DNA from: Heteronotia binoei
Lineage: Eukaryota
Direction: 5' to 3'
NCBI RefSeq assembly: GCF_032191835.1
Contig: NC_083240.1
Coordinates: forward strand, 46,066,001 to 46,130,000
Length of the DNA stretch: 64,000 bases
In this document: piece by piece, positions 36,941 through 49,401 of the stretch
How the letters are laid out: each line of letters starts with the position of its first letter
Numbering within the stretch: the stretch's first letter is position 1
Notes under the pieces: model-generated
The model's input: only the letters and a program-made list of their open reading frames with translations
Database searches by the model: none
What the model was told of the DNA's origin: nothing
Translations under genes and position numbers: made by a program

Positions 36941-37138
36941 CAGGGCTTTTTTTGAGCAGGAACACACAGGAACGGAGTTCCGGCTGGCTCGGCTTCAGGG
37001 GGTGTGGCTTAATATGCAAATTAGTCCCTGCTGGGCTTTTTCTACGAAAAGCCCTATGTAAAACAATGATGATATCGGGGTGTGTGGCCTAATATGCAAA
37101 TGAGTTCCTGCTGGGCTTGTTCTACAAACAAAGCCCTG
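36941..37138. mobile_element. hAT MITE (CAGGGCTTTTT family) nested in Penelope
   Basis: TIR CAGGGCTTT/AAAGCCCTG; perfect 8-bp TSD CATATAGG; related copies at 28186-28379 and 34442-34629. Confidence 0.88.
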
Positions 37139-37847
37139 CATATAGGTAGCATATCTAATTAGCATACAGCATAATGAAGGTGTTTAACAGATACAACGAC
37201 CAAACAGAAATAACAAGCTTAGTTTACATGGTCACCATTTGTTTGGATTTAATTTCAGAGAGAAACATAGTGAAGCAAATAAATATATCAAAATTGGAGA
37301 ATGATGTGTAAATGTACCCTTCTTAATTGTGGGATGCTGAGAGTAATTAACTGAGTCCCTGTTGTTAAACTCCATCCATCTCCTCTCAAGCATGGAGGTA
37401 ACTAACAGCATCCTTTTCTTTAAGGTGGGGTGATTGATTACGCAGTGTTATATCTCCTTTGTCACCAGACCAGAGAAATACATTCTAATCTACCATTCCA
37501 AATTACATTACATACTACTATTCATTGTATTACATTACAATCACTGTTCCAATCTACTATTCCAGTTAATAAACACACTAAAATGGATAGCCCTTCTTGG
37601 TGAACAGACATAAGGCCTGAATGAGTTTAGCATATGTAGTGAGATAAGAAATCAATATCCCTGTTAAATCCCATTAAGTCCAGGGCGGGGGGGGGGGGGA
37701 GTGTCCTTGTTTTAAGTGTTGTAACAAGTTGTAATTCAGCAATTTCCCTTTCCCTTTTTTAGTCTGTTCCTGAAGTTCCTTTGCAATAAAATGGCTACTT
37801 TGAGGTCACCCACTGAATATCTGGAATGTTAAAGTGCTCTCCTACAG

Positions 37848-38161
37848 CAGGGGTGGCCAAACTTGCTTAAAGTAAGAGCCACATAGAATAAATGTCAGAT
37901 GTCTGAGAGCTGCAAGACATGAGCGTCAGAGGAAGAAAGGGAGAGAGGGAGAGAGTAAAATAGAGGGGGAGGGAGAGGTGGAAAGAAAGCAACTTTAAGT
38001 GCATTCTCCAAACCAGTGGCTAGCTTGGCTTGGAGAAGTGATTTAAAGAGACTAATACCTTCTCCAAGATAGCCAACAGGGCAGTGTGGGCTTTGAGAAC
38101 CACACAATATGTGTGAAAGAGCCACCATATGGTTTCCCAAGCCACAGTTTGTCCACCTCTG
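37848..38161. mobile_element. hAT MITE nested in Penelope
   Basis: Same family as 32802 in opposite orientation; TSD TCCTACAG/TTCTACAG. Confidence 0.8.
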
Positions 38162-41100
38162 TTCTACAGGTTTCTCAGTCTTGTAAGTCTTAATGTCTAA
38201 TTTGTATCCATTTATCCTTTTGCATAGGGTTTAACCTACTTGTTCTAGGTAGAGAATGGAAGGGCATTGTTGGCATTTAATAGCACATACAAAGTTAGAA
38301 GAACAAGTGAATAAGCCTGAGATCATGATCACTGGACCTAACAACATGGACTACGCCATCTTGTCCTGCTAAATGTGAAGCTTTTAATCAGGAAATATCC
38401 CAAACGTTGCACTTAGCACCTATGCACAGAAAACGTTGCTTAGATCTTGCCTTTAGATAATGTTGTTCAGGTTCATCCCTTGCCTACCCTTGAGGCGCAC
38501 GGTGTCAAGTTCCCTTCCCATTATCTCTGTCTCTGTGTTTCTTCTAGGCCTCTTTGATGTAAATTGTGGAATGTGTACTCACAGTAATGCTAGGAGCTGG
38601 GAATTATCTTGGTACCAAAGTCATTGCTCACTCCCTTGGATGTTGAGAGCTTCGTAGTGAATGTGTGTGTGCAACCTGTAGCCCCTAAATTTGAACTGTC
38701 TTCGCGCCCTAAGTTCAGGCGTGCTTTTAACGACCATTGCAGGAGTATATAATCTGAACCTGTGCCATTGTGTAGTCCTTTGACACTGCTCGGCAACAAG
38801 TCAGTGTCTGTGTATCCAGATCCTTACAATAAATACTCTTCCAATTCCAGGGAGTGTCACTTTTATTGTAGGAATATTGGGAACTTGACACACAGCAAGT
38901 GCATAGGATTTGCAACATAATGCTGTTATTTGCCCCCCACTTCTAAGTGGTGAGAAATTCCAGGGCAGGATTACTGAGGGTTTTTCCAATTGGCCAGAAA
39001 AGCACAGGAATAAGCACAACATACTGGAAGCAAATACACTCTTATGACGGCACACCTGAGAATCCCACATCACATTCTCATAGAGCAGCTATTGCAATGC
39101 CTCCCCCACTTCACAACTCCAGCTTCCCTCCAGGATCCCAGCAGCAAACAACGTCATCCTGTGCCTTTGCTCTACTGCCACTAGGAGCAGGGGTGTCACT
39201 CCCAAGCTCTGACACATATTCCATCCCAACTGCTGGAGAGGGGGTCTGGTGAGTTCCCACTAAAGAAATATCCTAGATTGTTAAAAAGCTATCAGCGTAA
39301 CTGAGGATAATCTCCCAAGGCCTGTAACCACACACAGAAACAGAAAATATGGCTTGCTCTCCCCCAGCAGAGTTCAGCATGCAGCCCATTTCCAGCTCCC
39401 TTCTACACCTGCTTTAATGCCTCCCTACTTCTTGTTTCAACAGCCTGGTGTGTAAAAGTCTTGAGTTAGAGGATACTGACAAGCCTCCCAGTTATGTCGT
39501 CAATAATGGTATTTTAGGCAGCTGTTCAACCAAAGATCGGCTGCAGAAGCAGCTAAAAGCCATAATGCCCAGATGCGACCTCTTCTTCCTCTGGCCTCAT
39601 CAAAGGTATGCCTATTTTCCACCCCCACTCCCCATCAGTGCCTACTAGGGATGGGAACAAAATGTGGAAATGGTGGTTCATTTCATTCTGTGGTTTGTCC
39701 AGTTTGGTGGCTTGCTTTGTTTTGTGTGGTTTTTTTCATTTTCTGAACGAATTGTGGTTCATTGGTTCGTTTTGTTTGGGAGGGCGAGAAAGCACCAGCG
39801 CACTGCCGATGTGCCTAGTGTGATGACATCACCCGGCTGCTGCTCTTGCACCAGGCACATTTGCTGGGGTGACGTGTCTGGCATGATATCGGCACTTCCA
39901 TGTGATGTCATCACACTGAACACATCGTGGCACGCAAGGAGGATCCCCTGCTGATAATGACACAGACGAACCACCCATAAAACAAGTTGCTTCATTTTGC
40001 GAGTTGTGCATAACATGAGCACCCGAACCAATTCGGAACAAACCACAAATCAGCTATTTTAGGCACGAATTGCGATCTGTGCTTTGATTTCCCCCTACTC
40101 TTCCTATGTCCCTTCTATAAAAACAGGAAACTGAAAGCAGGCTGTGATCCAGTTGCAGTGGCTGAAATATGCCCTTCTAAGCTCACTGAAGGCCAAGTGC
40201 AATTCTGTCCAGGACTGTACTATCGGTGAGAGAAGGGAGCTTCTTGCTGGCACTGGACCCAGGTGTGATGGAACAGTGGGAGTCTTTGGCTGCTTCCTCT
40301 TCTCCTTCTGACCGGGATACGGACCAGGCGCAGTGGACTGGTGCCTGCTAAAGACGCCCTCGAGTAGTACCAATGCGATGGACATAATGATTGGTGGTGC
40401 CCATTTAAGCCTGCCAGCTTGCTTTGGTTTCTTCTTGCTGCTCACTTGCGGGATTCATAAACACAGATGGCTCCGTGCCACTCCGCATGGAAGTGCTTCG
40501 AGGAGTTTTAAATGCTGGCTGGCAGCCTGGTTTCTGTGCTAATAGCTACTCATCATCACCGCTGCTGGGGAGAGACCAGAAAGGTTAGGATGGATTTCCC
40601 TCAGAGAACTTCCTCACAAAGACACCTTCCCCCCTCCCCCAAAAAAGATGCATTGCAAAGCCAGCTTTGAGACTGGGGCTGCTTGTTAGACAAGCTACAT
40701 TACATCTCAGGGGGGGAGCCTGTGCGGAGTCAGTCGGCAGGATGTCAAATGTGCTGAGTCAATGGAGGCCTGTTTCCTGCATGTGGCTGAAAGGGGGTGT
40801 TTATCTAATTGTCATTACTAGATTTGGAAGAATGAGCAATAGTGCTCTTGAGCCCTAGGGTTACCAACTCCAAGTTGGCACATTCTTGGAGATTTTGAGG
40901 GTGGAGCCTGAGGCAACAGGTGTTTGGGAAGCCAAAAGCAGTGTATCATGCTACAGAGTCCATTGTCCAAAGCAGCCATCTTCATCAGGGAATTATCTCT
41001 GTAGTCTGAGGATCACTTGTAATTCTAGGTGAACTCTTGGCCCCACTAGGAGATTGTGTAACCACACTAGGAGATTGACAACCCTAAACTCTGTCCAGCC

Positions 41101-42472
41101 TGGATCCTGACATCTTGTAAGGAGCATATTACTGGCTCCCCAACATCCATCAAAAATTAACCACTGACTCCAGGCTCCCTTCCTCAGTTGCTAGAAGGGG
41201 GAGTCCAGTCCATTTGTTAAGAAACCATTGCTGGAGAAGAAGAATAGGGCCAACTATCGTTTCTCATTTGCCCTTTCTGGGCAACATAATTCAGGGCCGA
41301 ATCATGCATTACATTTAACTGGTGGATGCCATGGGGACTTGCAGTCAGACAGGAGCTGTAAGCTCCCTGTGGGAACTCACTTCCACAGCACCACACAGGG
41401 TTGCCAGTCTCCCTGGAGATCTCTCAGAATTACAACTGATTTCCAGATAGCAGAGATAAATACCCCTAGAGGAAATGGCTGCTTTGAGTGGGCCATTATA
41501 TGTGGCTGAAGTCCCTCCCAAGGCTTCACCCCCAAATCTCCAGGAATTTCCCAATCTGGGGATGGCAACCCTGGTGCTATGTGTACCCAGTTTGAATAAG
41601 AACAGTGATGTGGGGAAAATGGGGGATTCTGCTTTCCCTCCTTTGCCATTTTCCCAACCTAGAACTGCCAGGGGGGCAATATTTTCCTGACAGGGGGCTG
41701 CATGAGCACTGAATCCTGGGCTTTTCTGCATTCTCATTTTCCTCACTTGTGCATTGCTGTTGCTTTGGGGCAGAGAGAAGGTTCAATTTCCCTCCAGTGG
41801 TCAATTCAATGTTATGTTGCTTTATGTCTGGCATACCCTCCTGCAGATTTCAACTGGACATAGAGCTATGTAATATCGAATCAACCACAGGGAGTAAAAC
41901 ATGTACAGAACGGTGTGTGTGTGTGTGTGTAGTAAGGGAAATGAGAATCTGGAAAAGCCCACTGTAATAACTTGGCCCCACCTTAATGGTTGCAGAACAG
42001 GACTTCCAGGATAAGTCATTTGTTCTACACCTTTGTCACTCCTACCAAGCTGTAGCTGATAATCTGCATCTGAATGGACATACGATGATGCCTTTTTGAG
42101 GGGCTTCTGATTTTATTGGACCTTTGATATAGTGGCCCATGCTGTCTTGTTGAGATGATAGGAGACAGGAGGGGGTATCAAGGGATGTGATTTGAATTGG
42201 TTGAAATTTTCCTCACGGATCAGACACAAAGGGCTGCTGTTGGAGACCAACTGTTCTCTGTGTGGGACTTTTCCCATGAAATTCCATAATGTTCAGTCTT
42301 ATCCCCTTTATCTCTTTGTAAAGCCCTTAAGTTAAAAAAATTGTTTTTGGAGTGTTTCTTTGTCCAAAGCACCTAGTGCTGCTTTAGCGATCCTGAGCCA
42401 GTCTCTGGCTAACGTGGCTGAATGGATAGGAGTGTATGTGTGATGCTGGTTGGGAAGGATGAGCTCTTGAAA

Positions 42473-42857
42473 TGAAAGGGGGAGCACTGTTGTTTAACTC
42501 TAGTTCTGAAAACACATGCGGTTGTTAGGGTAACTAAGTAAGAAAATGTTAACTGTAACAATAGTTGGAAGGAGAGAAAAGGGGCGGGGAGATTAGGAGT
42601 GTTATACTTTAAACTTGCGCGCGTTGGTGCTAGGCAGATTGTGAGGGAACCCAACAATTGGTGGGCTCCACGAGGGCTTGGCTAAGGTATATAAGATCTG
42701 TGCTGCGACACAGAGGGCGGAGTCGACGGGTGGAATTCTTCTATCCGGGCTCCCCGTGCCTTGCAAACCACGTTTTGATTAAACAATCCTTGTTGGACCC
42801 TCCCGTGTATGAGTCATTGTTCGACATACAACATCTGGATAGGCTCTACACATGAGA
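42473..42857 (+). repeat. ERV 5' LTR (385 bp)
   Basis: TGAAAGG start; TATATAA ~42687; ATTAAA 42778; about 8 substitutions and 2 indels vs the 3' LTR by eye. Confidence 0.93.
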
Positions 42858-42860
42858 ATT

Positions 42861-42877
42861 TGGTGGCAGAGTGGGAT
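42861..42877 (+). promoter_or_regulatory. Primer binding site, tRNA-Leu-like
   Basis: TGGTGGCAGAGTGGGAT resembles the complement of the tRNA-Leu 3' end (TGGTGGCAGCGGTGGGAT), imperfect. Confidence 0.65.
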
Positions 42878-43135
42878 ACGCATCTTCCTAACGGGGGCCA
42901 TCTCAGCGGTTCAGGGGAAGGCCTCTCACAGGCCCTCGGACCATTTGTCCTTTTAGAGGGATAATCTCCCTCTGACCGCTGCGCAGACCACCCAAGGTTG
43001 ACAAGAACCATAGAGGGTCCTCCAACAATTGTAGAGGCGCCAGGACTCGACCAGCGACGGAAAGTTGGTGAGCGGGCGCCAGCAAGGACAACCAGCGACG
43101 GAAAGCTGGTGAGTATCTTGGTTAAACTAGACACA

Positions 43136-44822
43136 ATGGGTCAAAAGGGATCCAAAAATAAGGAGCGCCGGGGAGACATACCCAAGGGGCAGGAGCAAGG
43201 GACTGGTAAGCCGGTAGTACAGGGGTGCCAGCGGAAAGTGGAGTTCCCTGTGGGAACCCCCTTGGACCGCATATTAAAGGCTTGGGAACGATTTAAAGAT
43301 TATGGCCCAACCAAAGAACAACTGGTTAAGACGTGTTTAGAATGGCCGGCCATCCAAGATCTTCCGTACGGACATCATTGGCCAAAATATGGTACCACTA
43401 ATAAGGATAATTCTGGGTATGAGGCAATACTGGCTGAAGTTGGAACCGCGCCCGGAGGTTCCTTTTAATTTAGAGTGTGTTGCTATCTGAACTGATTTTG
43501 CGAAAAACCCCTTTTCCACCGCCATTACAATGATGGCAGTTGAAATAGAAGAAAATGAAGAACCCCCTGTGTGGGATCCTAACGACCATGTTATAGGGAG
43601 AAGGCGCCCTCTGCCTTTACCAGAGCCCCTTGTGTCAGAGCCCGCCGAAAATAATGGCCAACCAATTAATTCTCCCCCACCATATGCTCAGGAGGCAACA
43701 CCACAGGGAGCCACCTCTAGAGGTCGAGGAGCATATGCCGAGGTGTCCGATCTTTTAAAATGAACAGAAGAATGGGGCCGCCAGGAGGGGGGAGGAGAGG
43801 GGAGGACAAGATCAGAGGTAAAAACAAGCAAGGTTCATGCTCATTTAGCAGACGGTGTGCAAGAACCTGGAAGAGACTTGTTGGCCCCCCTCAGGCAAGT
43901 TCCAATGGGAGAAGCGGTGGGGTATGTAAAAGTTCCATTAACTAGTACTGAATTACAAGCTATGAGAAATCAGTTGCCTCCCTTATCTGAAAATCCAATA
44001 TTGTTCAGGACAAAACTGGATGGCTTATGATGCACATAATAAAACAAGTGGCGGGAAATGAGGAAGCAGCCCAAGCACTTTCAACTGCTAGGAAACATTG
44101 GGTTAAAGGGGCTGGAGATAGAACAGATGAAGGAGCCCTGGTGGTTCTTCCTGATGGCAATCCACCAAACCTAGATATTCAAGTAGCTGCTGGACGGACT
44201 TTTTGTTCCCAATATAGGGGAATGTTATTGGATGGGTTGGTAAAAATGATTCCCCCAGTGGTTAATTTTCATAAGGCTTTTGGAGAACCCCAAGGCTCAG
44301 CAGAACCCCCTTTTCAGTTCCTAGAAAGGTTAAAGAACAATATGACCGCTTTTACAGGGCTAAATCCCGAGACAGATGAAGGAAAGGTAGTCTTGAAGTT
44401 TCACTTTGTGGAACAAAGCAACCCAGATATAAAGAAAAAGCTACAGAAGTTAGATGGTTTGCTTACAAAGCCCCTGACAGATCTGGTGGTAGAAGCACAG
44501 AAAGTTATAGCCCGAAGAGAGGCAGAGAAGGAAGCAAAGACAGTCAAGTTAATGGTACAGACAGTGAGGGAGGTACAGAAGCAGGAAGACAGAGAGAGAA
44601 GAGGAGGTTGGAATAACAGAAAGAAAGGAATGCGAGGGAGGGGTTCCCGCCCCCCTCCCATGGGAGGGGCAGAGGGACTCAAGAGAAGAGAGGGGACCCC
44701 TGCCCAAGGATGTGTGCAAGTATTGCAGGATGAGGGGACATTGGGGAAGAGAATGTCAAAACAGAGATAAGGAAGAGTGGGAAGGACATAGGGTGGCAGC
44801 CATGTATGAGGATGGAGAATAG
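43136..44822 (+). pseudogene. gag: ERV gag (stops and frameshifts)
   Basis: MGQKGSK myristoylation start; PPPY; MHR-like QGSAEPPFQFLERL; CKYC..GHW...C knuckle; TAG 44820-44822; splice donor GTGAGT ~43109. Confidence 0.92.
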
Positions 44823-47800
44823 GGGTGTCATGGGCTCCTATATTCGGGACCCAGCCCCAAAGAGCCCTTGGTAAAACTAAGGCTGGGACCGAAAAGAGAG
44901 AAGATGTTATTTCTGTATGATACTGGGGCTACAAGATCAACATTACAAAAGTTACCACTAGGTGTCAGATTGGGGCCACTGAGTGTTAGAATGCGAGGGG
45001 TCAAAAACAGACCATTCCAAGCACCCATCACTGAGGAAACTGATGTAATATACCCAGGAAGGAAAGAGACAGTACGACATATGTTTGCCCTACTGGGGAG
45101 GGAGGGGATGAATTTGATGGGGAGAGATTTGGCTGATAAGATAGGCACCATGAATATTATAAAGGAGGGCCGATGCATAGTGAGTTTAGCAGCACTATCA
45201 GAAGAAAACCAAGGAGAAATTTCTCTCAAAGTATGGGCGGCCCCAGATAATCCGGGCCGGATGGACGTGGCCCCAGTTGAGGTTGTATTACAGGATACTC
45301 GGCCCATTTACCAAAAACAGTATCCGATAACAAGAGAACAGCAGACGGGTATCTATCCAGTTATAAGAGAATTGTTAGCTCAAGGATTGATTGAGCCCTC
45401 CACTTCTCCCTGGAATACCCCCATTTTGCCAGTAAAGAAACCTGATGGAACATATCGCATGGTGCAGGACTTGAGAAAAATTAACAAAGTGGCATTAATC
45501 CGTTCCCCTCTGGTGGCAAACCCACACGAAGTTATATCCACCATAAAACCAACATCTAAGTGGTACACAGTGATAGACATTAAAAATGCCTTCTTTTCAG
45601 TGCCACTGTCCCCAGACTCTAGGCCAGTCTTCGCTTTTCAGTGGCCACATCCCCACACCCACCAACCAGCCAGGTGGCAGTGGACAGTGTTACCCCAAGG
45701 ATTTGCGGAGAGCCCATCAATTTTCTCCAAAACCTTATGGGAGGTTCTAAAGGAGTTCCCAGTCCCGAGAAATGGCCCTACGTTGTCCACTTATGTGGAC
45801 GATCTCCTGATTGCGGGGGAAGTAAAGGAAGAGGTCAAAGAATTAAGTGTGGCCCTTTTGAATTTCTTTGGAGACCATGGGTTGAGGGTGTCAAAAAACA
45901 AACTGCAGTTCGTGGAACCTATGGTGAGATATTTGGGAATAGTTCTTGCAGAAGGAACCCGGTGTGTCCCTCAGGAAAGGATTCAGGGGCTGCTGGGATT
46001 GACCCCCCCCAAAAAAAAACAAAGAAAGACCTCAGCGGGTTATTGGGAGGTTTTAATTACTGCCGTTTGTGGATAAATGGATTTTCTCAGCTAGCTGCAC
46101 CACTGTATGCCAAGTTAAAAGATGTAGAACCAGATAGAGTACAATGGGGAAAGGAAGAGGAAGGGGCTTTGGCACGATTAAAGCAAGGGGTCATGCAGGC
46201 ACCGGCTCTACATCTCCCACGGTTTACTGAACCGATTCATTTAGCCGTGGATGTAGAAAAAGGGGTGGGGAGAGCGGTAGCCTTCCAAGAGAGAGGTGGG
46301 AGGCATTGCCCCCTAGGGTATTTTTCTAATACACTAGACCCAGTGGAACGAGGATGGCCGACCTGCTTTCAATCTTGTGCAGCTGCAGTAAAAGCTCTAA
46401 CGGCGGCAAAACAACTATTTTGGATGGGACACTGGATAGTACACACAGTGCACAACATTAGGGGCTTGCTGACACAAGCAACAAACCAGCACCTCTCAGA
46501 TGCCAGATTATCAAAAATGGAAGTTTTGCTAGTATCCCCTGGAGACCTGACCCTGGTAACAGACTCCTGCCCCAATCCACTTCTAGCCTTGGTGGGCTGG
46601 GAGAGGTGCAAGGGAACACATGATTGCATTCAATTGGTTTCACTTCAGACTAAGGTACGGGAGGATTTAGAGGAGACACCCATACCGGGAAGTGAGGTGT
46701 TTTATATTGATGGAAGCAGCCGGGTAATAGAGGGGAGGAGAGGGACTGGGTATGCGGTGGTGGAAGGTTAGGGATTTACAGTGGTTGAAAGGAAACCCCT
46801 TCCCCAGCATTGGTCTGCCCAAACAGCAGAATTATATGCACTGAACCAAGCCTTGAAAAGAAGCCGAGAAAAGTCTGTTACTATATACACAGATTCCAAA
46901 TATGCTTGGGGAGTAGTCTACACTTTCGGTAAATTGTGGAGAGAGAGGGGACTGATATCAACCAGGGGAAAGCAACTGGTACATGAAAAATTAATAAAGG
47001 AAGTATTGGAAAATCTCCTTCTCCCAGCTCAAATAGCGGTGGTGCACATATCAGCCCACCAGAAAGGAAATTCTGATAATATAAAAGGGAACAACAAAGC
47101 AGACATAAAAGCAAAAAGGGCCACAGAGGAGTTAATAGTGGGAGCCTTGGTCCCTGTCTTACCTTCAATTCAGCCTGAAACACCTTTGTCTTATACGGAG
47201 GAGGAGGCCCAGATAGCCAAAGATGAAGGGGGAGTTGAAAAGGGTGGAAAAATATTCATTCAAGATAGGTTGTGGTTGCCAGAGGCCATGGCCTGGTGGG
47301 TGTTCAGAAAACTACATGAGGGAGGGCATTGCGGGGTAAAAGCACTGATAACTATCTTTCAAGAGAAGTACCTCACCAAAAGCCCATGGACGATTGCACA
47401 ACAGGTGTTGAAAGGATGTGAGGAGTGTATGAAGGTGAATAAGATTAACAGACCAAGGGGAGAGAGGGGGGGGGAGACCTTTACCAGTACGGTCATTCCA
47501 GCATGTACAAATGGACTACATTGAAATGCCTAGAGTGGGAAGGTTGAAGTATGTCTTAGTCCTAACTGATCAGCTCACAGGGTGGGTTATGGCTTTCCCT
47601 ACAACATCAACTTCTGCCACTGTAACAGCAAAAGTAATATTAGAAAAGGTGATTCCAGAAATGGGTATAATAGAGACGATGGACGCTGACAGGGGTCCTT
47701 CATTTGTTGGGAAAGTATTGTCAATTACCCTCAAAGCTCTAGGGATTGAGCTAAAACATCATACCCCATGGCACCCCCAATCTAGTGGACAAACTGAGAG

Positions 47801-48406
47801 AATGAACCAGACCTTGAAAAAGGCAATAAAAAAACTGGTTTTGGAAACCCATTTGCCTTGGACAAAAGTATTACCTCTAGCATTGTTTGGAATTAGGACA
47901 AAGCCTCGACAAGGAATACAGCTGTCTCCTTTTGAAATGTTATATGGGTTCCCACTATGGAGGGTGATGCCCGATACAGCTGCAGACAATTTACACTTGT
48001 TAAAAGATACGTATGTACGTGAATATGTGCTGGCTTTGTCCTCTCTCCTTGTCTCATAGGGAGCAGGGACTCATACACCTCACTCCACCATTGGAGGCTT
48101 CTGTGCACAGATATCAACCTGGGGACTGGGTGTACATCAAGAGATGGAAAGAAGAGACCCTCCAACCAAGTTGGGAAGGTCCTTTCCAGATTCTGCTAAC
48201 CACTGAGACCGCAGTAAGAACTGCAGAGAGGTTGGACACATCATACTCGCACCAAGAAAGGGGCAGAACTGGAAAACTGGACCAGCCAGCCAGTAGAAGG
48301 AGAACCCCTGAAGCTGCGATTAACAAATGTGGGAACTAACCGACCCAGACAACCCAGAGTGGACCTCAGTGCAACGTTTCTTGACAGTATCTTCAGCGTG
48401 GCCTGA
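44823..48406 (+). pseudogene. pol: ERV pro-pol (PR, RT, RNase H, IN), disrupted
   Basis: YDTGA, LPQGF, YVDD, FYIDGSS, HHCC, QMDYIEMP, WEGPF; frameshifts near 46010, 47465, 48055 and 48230; TAG at 46769. Confidence 0.96.
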
Positions 48407-49401
48407 TGAGTGGATCACAGAAGAGCTGACTCTCTGGAAAGGACCCTTGTGCTGTCATTTGAATTTCTGGCTTGTGGGACAAGCCTCAACTGCACCCTTA
48501 TTCCCTACTTTGTTTGATTTTATGGCAGGCAGACTCTTGGTGAAAGATCCAAGCTTGAATCTTTAAATCCCTTTATGGTCAGGGACCTGCCTATCTACGG
48601 GACCGCCTTTCCCCATATATCCCCCAGAGAGCACTGCGATCAGGGACAAAAAATCTGCTGTCTGCCCCTGGCCCTAAAGAAGCCAAGTTATGCATAACGA
48701 GATCCAGGGCTTTTTTGGTGGCAGCACCAGAACTTTGGAACACCCTCCCAGAAGCTATAAGGGCCCTGCGGGATTTGTCGGCGTTCCGGAGCGCCTGTAA
48801 GACTGAACTGTTTAAACAGGCTTTTGTGGTTGATTGAAAAGGGGCTGCCACCGGACATCCTACAGAATGCTGGCGATCATAGTCAGAAGTCAATACCGCC
48901 TATATTGGATTGAAACAGCGCTAATAGTTTTAAAATTGATAAGTAAATTATGGTTTTATATGTTTTATTGAATTGATTGTTTTTATGATGTTGTAAGCCG
49001 CCCTGAGTCCGCTTGCGGAGAGGGCGGGATATAAATGTAAAGTAATAAATAAATAAATAAATAAATAAATTTATAAGGAAAGATATCGATTTGCAAAAAC
49101 AGGGAGCACTCCTAGAATTTGGAAGGTTTGGGTGGTGAGTGATTGGGAGGATGGTGAGGCTAGGGGGTTGCACCCACATGAGGATTGAAATACTGGGTGG
49201 AATACCCTGAGCTATTTCCAACCAGACAACTGGGGAGAAAGTTGTGTAACCCTTGTGCACCTGAAGGGGAGGTTACGGTATGGCAGGGAGGGGGAAATTG
49301 GGAAGACTGCTGGGATCCCTATGGGCAATGGTTTTATTCTCAATCGTTCTAGGAGGATGGGAGCAGAATATTTGGCACAAAACAATGAATGCCATAATTA
49401 A
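48327..49401 (+). pseudogene. Candidate ERV accessory gene between pol and env, split by L2
   Basis: 79 codons + 38 codons rejoin in frame across the L2 TSD; TGA 49186; then 70 further open codons. Confidence 0.5.
48566..49069 (+). mobile_element. L2 3' fragment with (TAAA)n tail inserted in the ERV
   Basis: LYGQGPAYLRDRLSPYIPQRALRS parallels the L2 at 23473-24291; TSD TTTA at 48562-48565 and 49070-49073. Confidence 0.88.

Larger units (their letters stand above)
36825..38345 (-). mobile_element. Penelope-like retroelement 3' fragment (GIY-YIG endonuclease plus pseudo-LTR)
   Basis: Minus-strand remnants AIKCQQCPSILY...KRINGYKLDI...EKPVE/HFN...DLKVAILLQRNFRNRL...REIAELQL...GLN. Confidence 0.85.

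Noticed and set aside
38590-38918. Minus-strand peptide SVKGLHNGTGSDYILLQWS as a possible FN3-like exon
   Set aside because: Resemblance too weak; no convincing splice sites or neighbouring exons.
40745-40790. TGCTGAGTCA plus TTTCCTG as an AP-1/ETS enhancer
   Set aside because: Short motifs expected by chance; no conservation data available.
42998-43135. Pre-gag (glyco-Gag-like) N-terminal extension
   Set aside because: Open but short, with no ATG and no hydrophobic anchor; cannot be supported.
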